Shown: in pieces, positions 10,147-18,029 of the stretch | Layout of the letters: every line of letters starts with the position of its first letter | How positions within the stretch are numbered: the first letter of the stretch is position 1 | Origin: Dehalococcoidia bacterium | Lineage (GTDB): Bacteria; Chloroflexota; Dehalococcoidia; Dehalococcoidales; Fen-1064 | Length of the DNA stretch: 64,000 bases | Assembly: GCA_011171075.1 (NCBI GenBank) | Contig: DUFD01000038.1 | Coordinates: forward strand, 6,005 to 70,004 | Reading direction: 5' to 3' | The notes under the pieces: model-generated | What the model was told of the DNA's origin: nothing | What the model saw: the letters and a program-made list of their open reading frames with translations, nothing else | The model's database searches: none | Position numbers and translations under genes: made by a program

Positions 10147-11367
10147 TTATATAATTTCCTTCTCACGCAAGGCGGCAATGTCATCCCAGGAATAACCGCC
10201 CATCTCTATGAGTACCTCCTCGGTGTGCTGACCACACTCGGGGGCTTCTACTTTCACTTTCCCGGGGGTCCTGCTCAGTTCTACAGATAGACCCCTTACT
10301 TTCACATTGCCAAGCACCTCGTGTGCACACTCGATGATATAGTTGTTAGCAATTACCTGCGGGTCATCCGGCAGGTCACGAATAGTCTGCAGCGGGGTAC
10401 AGATGACATCGCCGGTACCCTTGAGGATTTGCATCCATTCATCAACCGTCTTCGTTATGAAGATATCATCCATGATGGTAATCAGTTCCTCGCTGTTCTC
10501 CCGCCTCCTGTCGGCATCGCAGAACCTGGGGTCGTCAGTCAGATGCTCGATACCGAGGGCTTTACAGACTACCGGCCACTGCCTGTCCGGCTGGAGCATG
10601 CCGAGGATAATCCAGCGGTCGCCAGCACAGCGGTAGTAGTTCCACAGCGGATTACCGGCCTGCTTGCGGGTAAGCTTCGGGCGTAGCTCGGGATTGAGGT
10701 AAAGACCGATACCAATGGTAAGGCCCTGCAGCGCCATCATGCTTCCCAGGTGGGAAACATCCACCTTCTGGCCGATGCCCAGTCTTTCCCGCGCCAGCAG
10801 GGCCATCAGTATACCGTAGGAGGTCATAATCGCCCCCATCTGGTCAGCAAGACCTCCCCCCAGTGGCAGATTCGGGTCATCCTGCACTCCGGTAGCCGTG
10901 GTGATGCCGGATCTGGCCAGCCCAATCATATCGAAGGCAGGTTCCCTGGCCTCCGGCCCACGCGGTCCATAGCCAGAAGCGGCTGCATAGATGATATCGG
11001 GGTTATGCTGGCAGAGAGTGTCATAGTCGAGCTTCAGCTTCTCCGGGACACCCTGGCGGAAATTATGTACAAAAACGTCGGCATTCTTGACAAGGCGGTA
11101 GATTACTTCCTTGCCTTCCGGCTTGATAAGGTCAATAGCCAGGCTTCTTTTACCGCGATTGTTGGTCTCAAAATAGGCGGCCCTGCCGGCGGGTAATTCA
11201 CCAATGGTGGGAAATGTTAATCCCCGGCCGGCGTCACCGGTAAGGCGATTCTCAATGTGGACAACATCCGCCCCGAATTCCGCCAGCATTGCCGTGGCCA
11301 CCGTTCCCATCTGCCACTGTGTCCAGTCGAGCACCCTGATGCCTTCCAGAGGTCCGGCCAATTTCAC
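10147..11367 (-). CDS. family III CoA-transferase (CaiB/BaiF/Frc type)
   Basis: N-terminal LEGIRVLDWTQWQMGTVATAMLAEFGADVVHIE and the overall 406-aa length fit the family. Confidence 0.85.
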   Translation of the reverse strand: MKLAGPLEGIRVLDWTQWQMGTVATAMLAEFGADVVHIENRLTGDAGRGLTFPTIGELPAGRAAYFETNNRGKRSLAIDLIKPEGKEVIYRLVKNADVFVHNFRQGVPEKLKLDYDTLCQHNPDIIYAAASGYGPRGPEAREPAFDMIGLARSGITTATGVQDDPNLPLGGGLADQMGAIMTSYGILMALLARERLGIGQKVDVSHLGSMMALQGLTIGIGLYLNPELRPKLTRKQAGNPLWNYYRCAGDRWIILGMLQPDRQWPVVCKALGIEHLTDDPRFCDADRRRENSEELITIMDDIFITKTVDEWMQILKGTGDVICTPLQTIRDLPDDPQVIANNYIIECAHEVLGNVKVRGLSVELSRTPGKVKVEAPECGQHTEEVLIEMGGYSWDDIAALREKEII

Positions 11368-11578
11368 ACCTCCATGTACCTAATAGTTGCACCACAGGGC
11401 CATCGGCACAATCGTGCTGTCAGAGGAATCTCTTTGAACTCTATTATAGCAAGCAGCCAGAAATATCGCCATCGGACCTCAAGGTATGCAATCCGGCAGC
11501 AACCTGTAACCGCGAACTAAACTCCACGTCCTCCGTTAGGGATACCGTGCCAGATAAGAGATAGCAGGTATGACTGTA

Positions 11579-12550
11579 TTACCTGGCCAGCACGTGCACC
11601 AGACTAAGCAGTTCCTGGTCTAGTGGTTTTTTAGTAGTGGCTACCTCGGATAGCGGGATTTTCTCCACCCTGCCACAAATCAAGCCAATCATTACCCCAT
11701 GCTCGCCGCTTGAAATTGTCTCAGTGGCAGCCGCCCCAAAACGCGTGGCCAGCAACCGGTCAAAAGCACCGGGCGCACCACCACGCTGTACATATCCCAG
11801 AATAGTTATCCGTAATTGAAAACCCACCTCCGCCTGATGCTCAGCGAAGTAGCTTTCCAAAGCCTCGGCATTATATTTAGCACCCTCAGCCACCACCAGT
11901 ATCGCATGTGGCTTACCACGCTCATAGGCATTGCGAATCCTGGCAGCCAGGTCATCCATATCAACCTCCTCCTCGGGAATGACCACATGCTCGGCCCCGC
12001 CGGCTATCCCGGCCGCCAGTGCCAGGTGACCGGTGTCACGTCCCATTACCTCAACCGCAAAGGCCCGACGATGTGAAGATGCCGTTACTTTGATGCGGTC
12101 GATTGCCACCAGGGCAATATCAAGGGCAGTGTCCACCCCGATAGACATCTCCGTGCCGTAGAGGTCGTTATCTATCGTCGAGGCAATCCCAACAACCGGA
12201 AAGCCCTTCTGGGATAGTGCGTAGGCCCCTTTCTGGGAACCATTACCCCCGATAATCACCAGTGCTTCAATACGTTGATTCTCCAGCGTACGCAGAGCTT
12301 TCTCTTGCCCGGCTTCAGTCACGAACTCAGTAGAGCGGGTACTACCGAGCATGGTACCGCCCAGCTGTATGATACCACCGACATCTCGTAGCCCCAGGGG
12401 CACAACCTCACCGTTAATCAGCCCCGTATAGCCACGCTGTATGCCAAAAACCTCCCAGCCTTTGTCTATGCCGGTACGCACCACAGCACGAATGGCAGCG
12501 TTCATACCGGGGGCATCACCACCGCTGGTCAGTACTCCGATTCTTTTCAT
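11579..12550 (-). CDS. pfkA: ATP-dependent 6-phosphofructokinase
   Basis: MKRIGVLTSGGDAPGMNAAIRAVV, IGGNGS, TIDNDL and MGRDTGHLAL are textbook PfkA motifs. Confidence 0.92.
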   Translation of the reverse strand: MKRIGVLTSGGDAPGMNAAIRAVVRTGIDKGWEVFGIQRGYTGLINGEVVPLGLRDVGGIIQLGGTMLGSTRSTEFVTEAGQEKALRTLENQRIEALVIIGGNGSQKGAYALSQKGFPVVGIASTIDNDLYGTEMSIGVDTALDIALVAIDRIKVTASSHRRAFAVEVMGRDTGHLALAAGIAGGAEHVVIPEEEVDMDDLAARIRNAYERGKPHAILVVAEGAKYNAEALESYFAEHQAEVGFQLRITILGYVQRGGAPGAFDRLLATRFGAAATETISSGEHGVMIGLICGRVEKIPLSEVATTKKPLDQELLSLVHVLAR

Positions 12551-12619
12551 GACACCCTCCTTAGTACAGGGGCTTAAGGGTTGACTCCTAGTTTAATGTA
12601 CCACAGACTCCTTTTCAAT
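12502..12619. repeat. direct repeat copy 1 (pfkA codons 1 to about 16 plus 69 bp upstream)
   Basis: Read directly. About 118 bp match 14263-14380 with a handful of mismatches. Confidence 0.9.
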
Positions 12620-12675
12620 GACTACCTGAAGGTTGTCTCTTAGGTCATCGGGTATTTAATATATCAGTACAGAGG

Positions 12676-12704
12676 TTGACAGTAAGGTGTCAAGAGTATA
12701 TCAT
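12676..12704 (+). promoter_or_regulatory. candidate sigma70-type promoter for the inhibitor/propeller cassette
   Basis: TTGACA (12676-12681), 17-nt spacer, TATCAT (12699-12704), about 108 nt upstream of the 12812 start. Confidence 0.35.
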
Positions 12705-12811
12705 CGCTAATAAGTTCGATACGAGGCATAATGCCAGGCTGCGAACCGAAACAGAAAACGCCGTTTGTTATGGTAGCGAACTTCTGATGCTAACCAGCGG
12801 AGACCAGAAGG

Positions 12812-13261
12812 ATGATAGTTACTATTAGATTGAAGCCCGCTATCATATTCGGATGCACTGTTGGCGTGATACTCCTCTTGTTCCTTTGGATGTCTTCACA
12901 CTCAAGGTATACATATGTAGATGCTTCCTGTGAAAACTCCGTTGAGAGTCAGGGTGCTATCTGCGAGGAAGCAGAAGCAGACATGTGGGTTGATTTTCTG
13001 CAAGTGACTCTGTGTTCTGATCATGCAGATGGCTTTGAGTGGCAGTTAACCGATGTTACGGGCCAGCTGCGAGTGGAGGTACTCAGCAGAGAGTACTTTT
13101 CGCCCTCGACCGATGAAAGCGAGGAGTTAGACGGAACCGAGGTATGGACTTTCACCTTGGGTTTAACGGGTAATGTCACCATATCAATGGAGTATAGCCA
13201 ACCTTGGGAGGGTGGTACAAGGGCAGCCCGGACATTTGATCTTTCGCTGAACCGTGAGTAA
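12812..13261 (+). CDS. membrane-anchored chagasin-like (MEROPS I42) cysteine-peptidase inhibitor, divergent
   Basis: N-terminal TM helix. DGFEWQL, LDGTEVW and YSQPWEGG line up with chagasin loops NPTTGFAW / GAGGTE / RPW. Confidence 0.5.
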   Translation: MIVTIRLKPAIIFGCTVGVILLLFLWMSSHSRYTYVDASCENSVESQGAICEEAEADMWVDFLQVTLCSDHADGFEWQLTDVTGQLRVEVLSREYFSPSTDESEELDGTEVWTFTLGLTGNVTISMEYSQPWEGGTRAARTFDLSLNRE

Positions 13262-13311
13262 GTGAGTATGGCTGACAACCGATGTGCAACCGAACTTGAA
13301 TCGAGAAAGGA

Positions 13312-14256
13312 ATGAAAAGTAACACCAAGTGGGTAGCAATCAATTGCCTTGTTGCTGTGACCATCTTTGCAGTATCCTGCACAACTGTATATGTTGAGGA
13401 TGTTGAGGATGACGAGAACGAGACGAGTCCTTGGGAGACGATGGATACGGATGTACCGAAGCGTCTGCGCGATGGTTGGGGGGACTGCTTCTCCAATATT
13501 TTCATGGTGGGAGATTCGGGTACCATAATCCGCTATGATGGTGAAACCTGGGAAGAAATGGATAGCTCCACATCGGAACGCCTCTATGGTATATGGGGTA
13601 GCTCATGCAATGATATTTTCTCCGTGGGGCAGGATGGTAGCATCGTTCACTATGACGGTAATGCGTGGAGTTCCATGGTCAGTGGGACTAATATGTCTTT
13701 ATTCGATGTATGGGGTACATCGTCTTTCAATTTATTTGCTGTAGGATGGCACGGTACTATCTTGCATTACGACGGCACCACCTGGACTCCTATGAGCAGT
13801 GGTACTGTTGTACCTCTATACGGCATATGGGGAAGCTCTTCTTCTGATATTTTCGTGGTGGGCAACTGGGGTACCATACTCCACTATGACGGTAATAGCT
13901 GGACTGAAATGGAAATTGATACCAAGGCACTTCTTCGAGGCATCTGGGGAGCTTCATCCGAAGATGTTTTCGTTGTTGGATATGATGGTACGATACTACA
14001 TTATGACGGTGATATCTGGAGTGAGATGTTGAGCAATACTACGGAGCATCTCTTTAGTATCTGGGGCGACTCGTCATTAGACATCTTCATCGTGGGACAC
14101 GGTGGTACTATCCAACAATATAGCAGTGGTACCTGGACTAGTATCTACAGTGGCGTATCACTAAATCTCAAAAGTGTCATAGGTAATGCACCACATGGCA
14201 TTTTCGCAATTGGATACGGTGCAATTTTACACCTCATAGAAGGTACGCACAACTAG
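13312..14256 (+). CDS. lipoprotein made of about 7 tandem 39-aa repeats (predicted beta-propeller)
   Basis: Lipobox AVSC at residue 23. Repeat consensus GIWGSSxxDIFVVGxxGTILHYDGxxWxxMxSGT recurs from about nt 13465 to 14240. Confidence 0.7.
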   Translation: MKSNTKWVAINCLVAVTIFAVSCTTVYVEDVEDDENETSPWETMDTDVPKRLRDGWGDCFSNIFMVGDSGTIIRYDGETWEEMDSSTSERLYGIWGSSCNDIFSVGQDGSIVHYDGNAWSSMVSGTNMSLFDVWGTSSFNLFAVGWHGTILHYDGTTWTPMSSGTVVPLYGIWGSSSSDIFVVGNWGTILHYDGNSWTEMEIDTKALLRGIWGASSEDVFVVGYDGTILHYDGDIWSEMLSNTTEHLFSIWGDSSLDIFIVGHGGTIQQYSSGTWTSIYSGVSLNLKSVIGNAPHGIFAIGYGAILHLIEGTHN

Positions 14257-14311
14257 CCTCACTCATACCAAGGGCATCACCCCCACTGGTCAGTACTCCG
14301 ATTCTTTTCAT
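14234..14311 (-). pseudogene. orphan pfkA 5' fragment (25 codons) inside repeat copy 2
   Basis: Translates MKRIGVLTSGGDALGMSEASCAYLL*. The first 13 aa are identical to PfkA. Confidence 0.65.
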
Positions 14312-14380
14312 GACACCCTCCTTAGTACAGGGGCTTAAGGGTTGTTCCCTAGTTTAATGTACCACAGACTCCTTTTCAAT
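14263..14380. repeat. direct repeat copy 2
   Basis: Matches 12502-12619 and begins 7 nt after the propeller gene stop. Confidence 0.9.
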
Positions 14381-14773
14381 AAGATGGGATATAAGGTGGA
14401 GTAATCCAATAATTCAGGACTATAAATGTAACTAAAATGTAACTCCTGCGAGTAATGGTGTTTACTCCACTGTAACCCTAATGGGCTATAGTTATAAGGT
14501 AGTGAAAGTGATTTAATCATGGGATGATACCAGGTTAGGTATGCGGACTTATGAGAAGAAAAACAGCTACAAAATGCTCAGGCTCTCAAACTGCCACAAC
14601 TGGTGGTTACTACAGACTCCCTCACCGAAGACGTAGCTACTGGTGGCGTTTATTTCAGCTACGCAAAGCACTGGTGAAAAGGTAACAGCATCTAGTTCAA
14701 CTTCACTTGCACTAAGAGGGTGACCACAATCCCTCTATTACTTCAGATTCGCCTCTACTCTCTGACAGATTTC

Positions 14774-15010
14774 TTACTGCGACCGATATTGGTGTACCTG
14801 CTTGATTAGTGCCCTGGCCAATTCCTCATCCAGAAAGTAACTGTAACTAACAACCACACAGGACTCGATGTCCCACTCTTTAGATGGTAAAACACTGACC
14901 TGTAAATGATGAGGCATTTTCTCCAACTCAGATGGTTCTGGGTTCAGTTTGTCTATTTCGGCAGCAAGTCTCTCCAACTCAAGTATGTTAGCCATTCTAT
15001 GTATCTCCAT
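14774..15010 (-). CDS. hypothetical protein
   Basis: 78-aa ORF in an AT-rich region. No motif recognised. Confidence 0.25.
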   Translation of the reverse strand: MEIHRMANILELERLAAEIDKLNPEPSELEKMPHHLQVSVLPSKEWDIESCVVVSYSYFLDEELARALIKQVHQYRSQ

Positions 15011-15137
15011 ATAATGTGTTCACAGGCACATTGTATCATAGAATATCTGTGGAGAAATCGGCCATTTGGGATTTATGACGTGATATTGTATCATTAGTAA
15101 CCCGTATAAGTAATTTAAGGAAACTATGAGGTAAAAG

Positions 15138-16082
15138 ATGCCAAAGGTAATAGACCTGGAACTGGACCTCCCACCCACCGTTGACGACATGGTCGACAGA
15201 ATGAAGGAGTTCCTGCTGCGCAGTGACGAGAAAGGCCTGGCCAACTACGGCAACATCTTCGGCCCTTCCAGGGCGCGCGCCCTTGAGTTTACGCCTGAGG
15301 AGCTCGGTCGGATGCGACAGCTCCCGGAAGACGAATTGGACAATATCCTGACAGAAAGAGCGGAGAAGGCGGTGGTATCTTTACCACAGTTCATGGAACT
15401 GCTCGACGAGGCCGGAATCGAGTGGGGGGTGGTCAATGCTGGCAGCCATGAAAAGACGGCGGAGCTTGTGGCCAAGTACCCGGAGCGCTTCATCGGCTGT
15501 GCCTATGTCGACCCGCACGACGGCATGAAGGCCGTCAGGGAGCTTGAGCGGGCGGTCAGGGAGCTTGGTTTGAAATGTTTCTACGCCTCTCCCTACAGGT
15601 TCGGGGTCCGCGCTAACGATAAGAAGTTCTATCCCCTCTACGCCAAGGCGGTAGAGCTTGATATCCCCGTCTTTGTCTATACCACGATGACCTACCGTAC
15701 CGACTTTCCCATGGACATCGGGCACCCGATATATCTCGATGAGGTGGCCATGGACTTCCCGGAGATGAAGATTATCGCCGGTCTTGGCGGCTGGCCGTGG
15801 ATACCGGATATGGTCGGGGTGGCCCGCCGCCATAAGAACGTCTACATCAGCACCGCCGGTCACCGGCCGAAGTACCTGGCCATGCCCGGTTCGGGATGGG
15901 AGATGCTGATGCAGTTCGGTAATACGCTGCTGCAGGACAGGATTGTCTTTGCCTCAAGCTGGGCAACCTACGCCATGCCGATAAACAACGTAGTCGAGGA
16001 GATGAGCGCGCTTCCCCTGAAGGACGAGGTCAAGGAAAAGTGGCTCTACAGGAATGCAGCACAACTCTTCAACCGTGACTAG
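15138..16082 (+). CDS. amidohydrolase-2 family metal-dependent hydrolase/decarboxylase (TIM barrel)
   Basis: 314 aa, with typical blocks RFIGCAYVDPHDG, LGLKCFYASPY and IPVFVYT, and a C-terminal NAAQLF. Confidence 0.7.
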   Translation: MPKVIDLELDLPPTVDDMVDRMKEFLLRSDEKGLANYGNIFGPSRARALEFTPEELGRMRQLPEDELDNILTERAEKAVVSLPQFMELLDEAGIEWGVVNAGSHEKTAELVAKYPERFIGCAYVDPHDGMKAVRELERAVRELGLKCFYASPYRFGVRANDKKFYPLYAKAVELDIPVFVYTTMTYRTDFPMDIGHPIYLDEVAMDFPEMKIIAGLGGWPWIPDMVGVARRHKNVYISTAGHRPKYLAMPGSGWEMLMQFGNTLLQDRIVFASSWATYAMPINNVVEEMSALPLKDEVKEKWLYRNAAQLFNRD

Positions 16083-16714
16083 CCATCAGGCGTCTTCCCT
16101 ACCTTGAGGTCTTCGATACTGAGACCGGAGATGACGGACTTACCGTCATCGAGGATATCATATTCCGATTGCGCGTACTCGTCGCGGTGCTTGATAAGCA
16201 GCCAGTCGCCCCGCTTCGTTTTCACCAGCGTCCACGAGCCCTTCAGCTTTTCACCGCGCAGGTATACCGAGATTTTGCCCTGAGCCAGTCCGCCTCGCAT
16301 CATTTCCTGAGCATGCTCACGGTCGTCAAAGAAGAGCCTGCCGCCCTCATCCGGTGAGTAGGTGCCCCGGTCCCAGACAATCACCTGCCCGCCGCCGTAC
16401 TCCCCCTCCGGGATTACGCCCTCGAACGAGTCGTAGTCGAGCGGGTGGTCCTCCACCATGACAGCCAGCCGCCTGACACGGCTGTCCGCCGAGGGCCCGG
16501 CGGGGACTGCCCACGACTTGAGGACGCCGTCCACCTCCAGCCGGAAGTCGTAGTGGAGACGGCGGGCCGAGTGCTTCTGGACGACAAAGGTCAGCGGACC
16601 GCCACCTTCCGCCGGCTGCCGGGGTGGCGGCTCCGGGGTGCGGGAGAAATCGCGCTTTTCCTCGTATTTCTTTGCCACGGGTCTATTATACCCGCAGTGC
16701 TCAGAGGTTACCAA
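16079..16714 (-). CDS. stand-alone DNA ligase D 3'-phosphoesterase (PE) domain protein
   Basis: FVVQKHSARRLHYDFRLEVDGVLKSWAVPAGPS plus GEYGGGQVIVWDRGTY match the LigD PE signature. Confidence 0.8.
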   Translation of the reverse strand: MVTSEHCGYNRPVAKKYEEKRDFSRTPEPPPRQPAEGGGPLTFVVQKHSARRLHYDFRLEVDGVLKSWAVPAGPSADSRVRRLAVMVEDHPLDYDSFEGVIPEGEYGGGQVIVWDRGTYSPDEGGRLFFDDREHAQEMMRGGLAQGKISVYLRGEKLKGSWTLVKTKRGDWLLIKHRDEYAQSEYDILDDGKSVISGLSIEDLKVGKTPDG

Positions 16715-16764
16715 CCTGTACTGCTGGATGAATAGTATTGACTGACGTGATATATTTAGTGGGT

Positions 16765-17412
16765 ATGAAAAGAGTTTGTGTGGCGTTTGTTATAGTAATT
16801 GCCATCGCGGCAGCAACCACTGGTTGTAGTTGTGGGTTCACAGAAATCGAGTCTGATGGTTTCAGGGTTCTTTCCGTAACTAGGGACCATTACAGCTTCT
16901 CTTTTGAGTATTCCACATTCTACCAGCGGGAAGGCCCTGACTACATAACTGATGGAAGCACAATTCCTTCAATATACATAGCCCTTGGCGCCCCCGAAAA
17001 AACTAGGCACTTAACGGTTCCGGCAGATGAATCAAGGACTATCTCTGTTACATATACTCCGGCTGTTATTGAGATATCTATTTATGCCCCGCGTGATTCT
17101 CCTACTATCCCACAAAGTGCAATAGAACGAATAGAAAACGACATCTCTGATAGTAGTAAGTGGGAGAATTTCGAGCTCCTGGAACGCTATCCGGTTACCG
17201 TGTCTGGTGTTGAAGGTGAATTAATAGCATTTGTGATTGACTGGTTTCTCCCATTTGGCGAGGAATGGCCGGATCTACAGTATCACAGAAGATTTTATTT
17301 CGATTTTGATGGTCTTATCTGGACAATCACAGCCATGTCAGAGATGGAAATGGTGGACCAGGTAAAGGCTGATTTTGAACATATACTGGAGACCTTCGAG
17401 ATTCTGGATTAA
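16765..17412 (+). CDS. putative lipoprotein, unknown function
   Basis: The ATG at 16765 gives MKRVCVAFVIVIAIAAATTGC. The ORF-track start at 16738 is a TTG. Confidence 0.5.
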   Translation: MKRVCVAFVIVIAIAAATTGCSCGFTEIESDGFRVLSVTRDHYSFSFEYSTFYQREGPDYITDGSTIPSIYIALGAPEKTRHLTVPADESRTISVTYTPAVIEISIYAPRDSPTIPQSAIERIENDISDSSKWENFELLERYPVTVSGVEGELIAFVIDWFLPFGEEWPDLQYHRRFYFDFDGLIWTITAMSEMEMVDQVKADFEHILETFEILD

Positions 17413-17490
17413 TATGGCAGTGTAAATACCAATCACCAGTCCTTAAGTACTCTTGACTCAGGCTGACAGGCCATTCTATCATGCATTAGC

Positions 17491-18000
17491 ATGACCACCA
17501 GAATTATGTTATCGTCCCTGTTACTGCTGGCACTGCTGCTGGCCGGCTGTAGCATCATGGAGACAAACTACATTCCTACCGTGGACCTCGGTGATGCCGG
17601 TGAGTACTGGAACATCGGCTGGCAGGGACAGTCCACCGGGCTGTATCACACACTGCGGACCTTCATCAACGACTATTCCCGGAACCACGACTACGTCTTC
17701 GGCGAGTCCGACTGCAACGACATGGTGGTCGAAATCTGGGACAACCTCAATAACCAGGGTATTCTATCACTGATAGTGGTCGGTAACCTGGAGATGTCAC
17801 GGGAGTCCTTCGAAGAATGCAACCACGCCTGGCTGATGGTCTACAACGCGGAGGGTGCGGCGGTTGCCCTCGACCCCTCATGCGGCGGTGTTTACTGCTG
17901 GGAGGACGCCAGGAAGCATCCCTATTTAGAGCAGTACTGGGAGGGGATTGTGTATAAAAATCCCACGGACTTATGGAACGATTTTCAAGAGCGCTGGTAG
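17491..18000 (+). CDS. lipoprotein with a transglutaminase-like Cys-His-Asp core
   Basis: Lipobox LLAGC. SDCNDM ... CNHAWLMVY ... ALDPS has the spacing of the transglutaminase-like cysteine peptidase triad. Confidence 0.5.
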   Translation: MTTRIMLSSLLLLALLLAGCSIMETNYIPTVDLGDAGEYWNIGWQGQSTGLYHTLRTFINDYSRNHDYVFGESDCNDMVVEIWDNLNNQGILSLIVVGNLEMSRESFEECNHAWLMVYNAEGAAVALDPSCGGVYCWEDARKHPYLEQYWEGIVYKNPTDLWNDFQERW

Positions 18001-18029
18001 CAAACACTAAATACAGGAGGTAAAAACAA

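Noticed and set aside
14381-15137. AT-rich 750-bp stretch with only a 78-aa ORF and a 42-codon Arg-rich ORF. It could hold a degraded gene or an sRNA.
   Set aside because: I saw no recognisable motif, repeat or structure. Without homology searches I cannot support any call beyond low-GC spacer.
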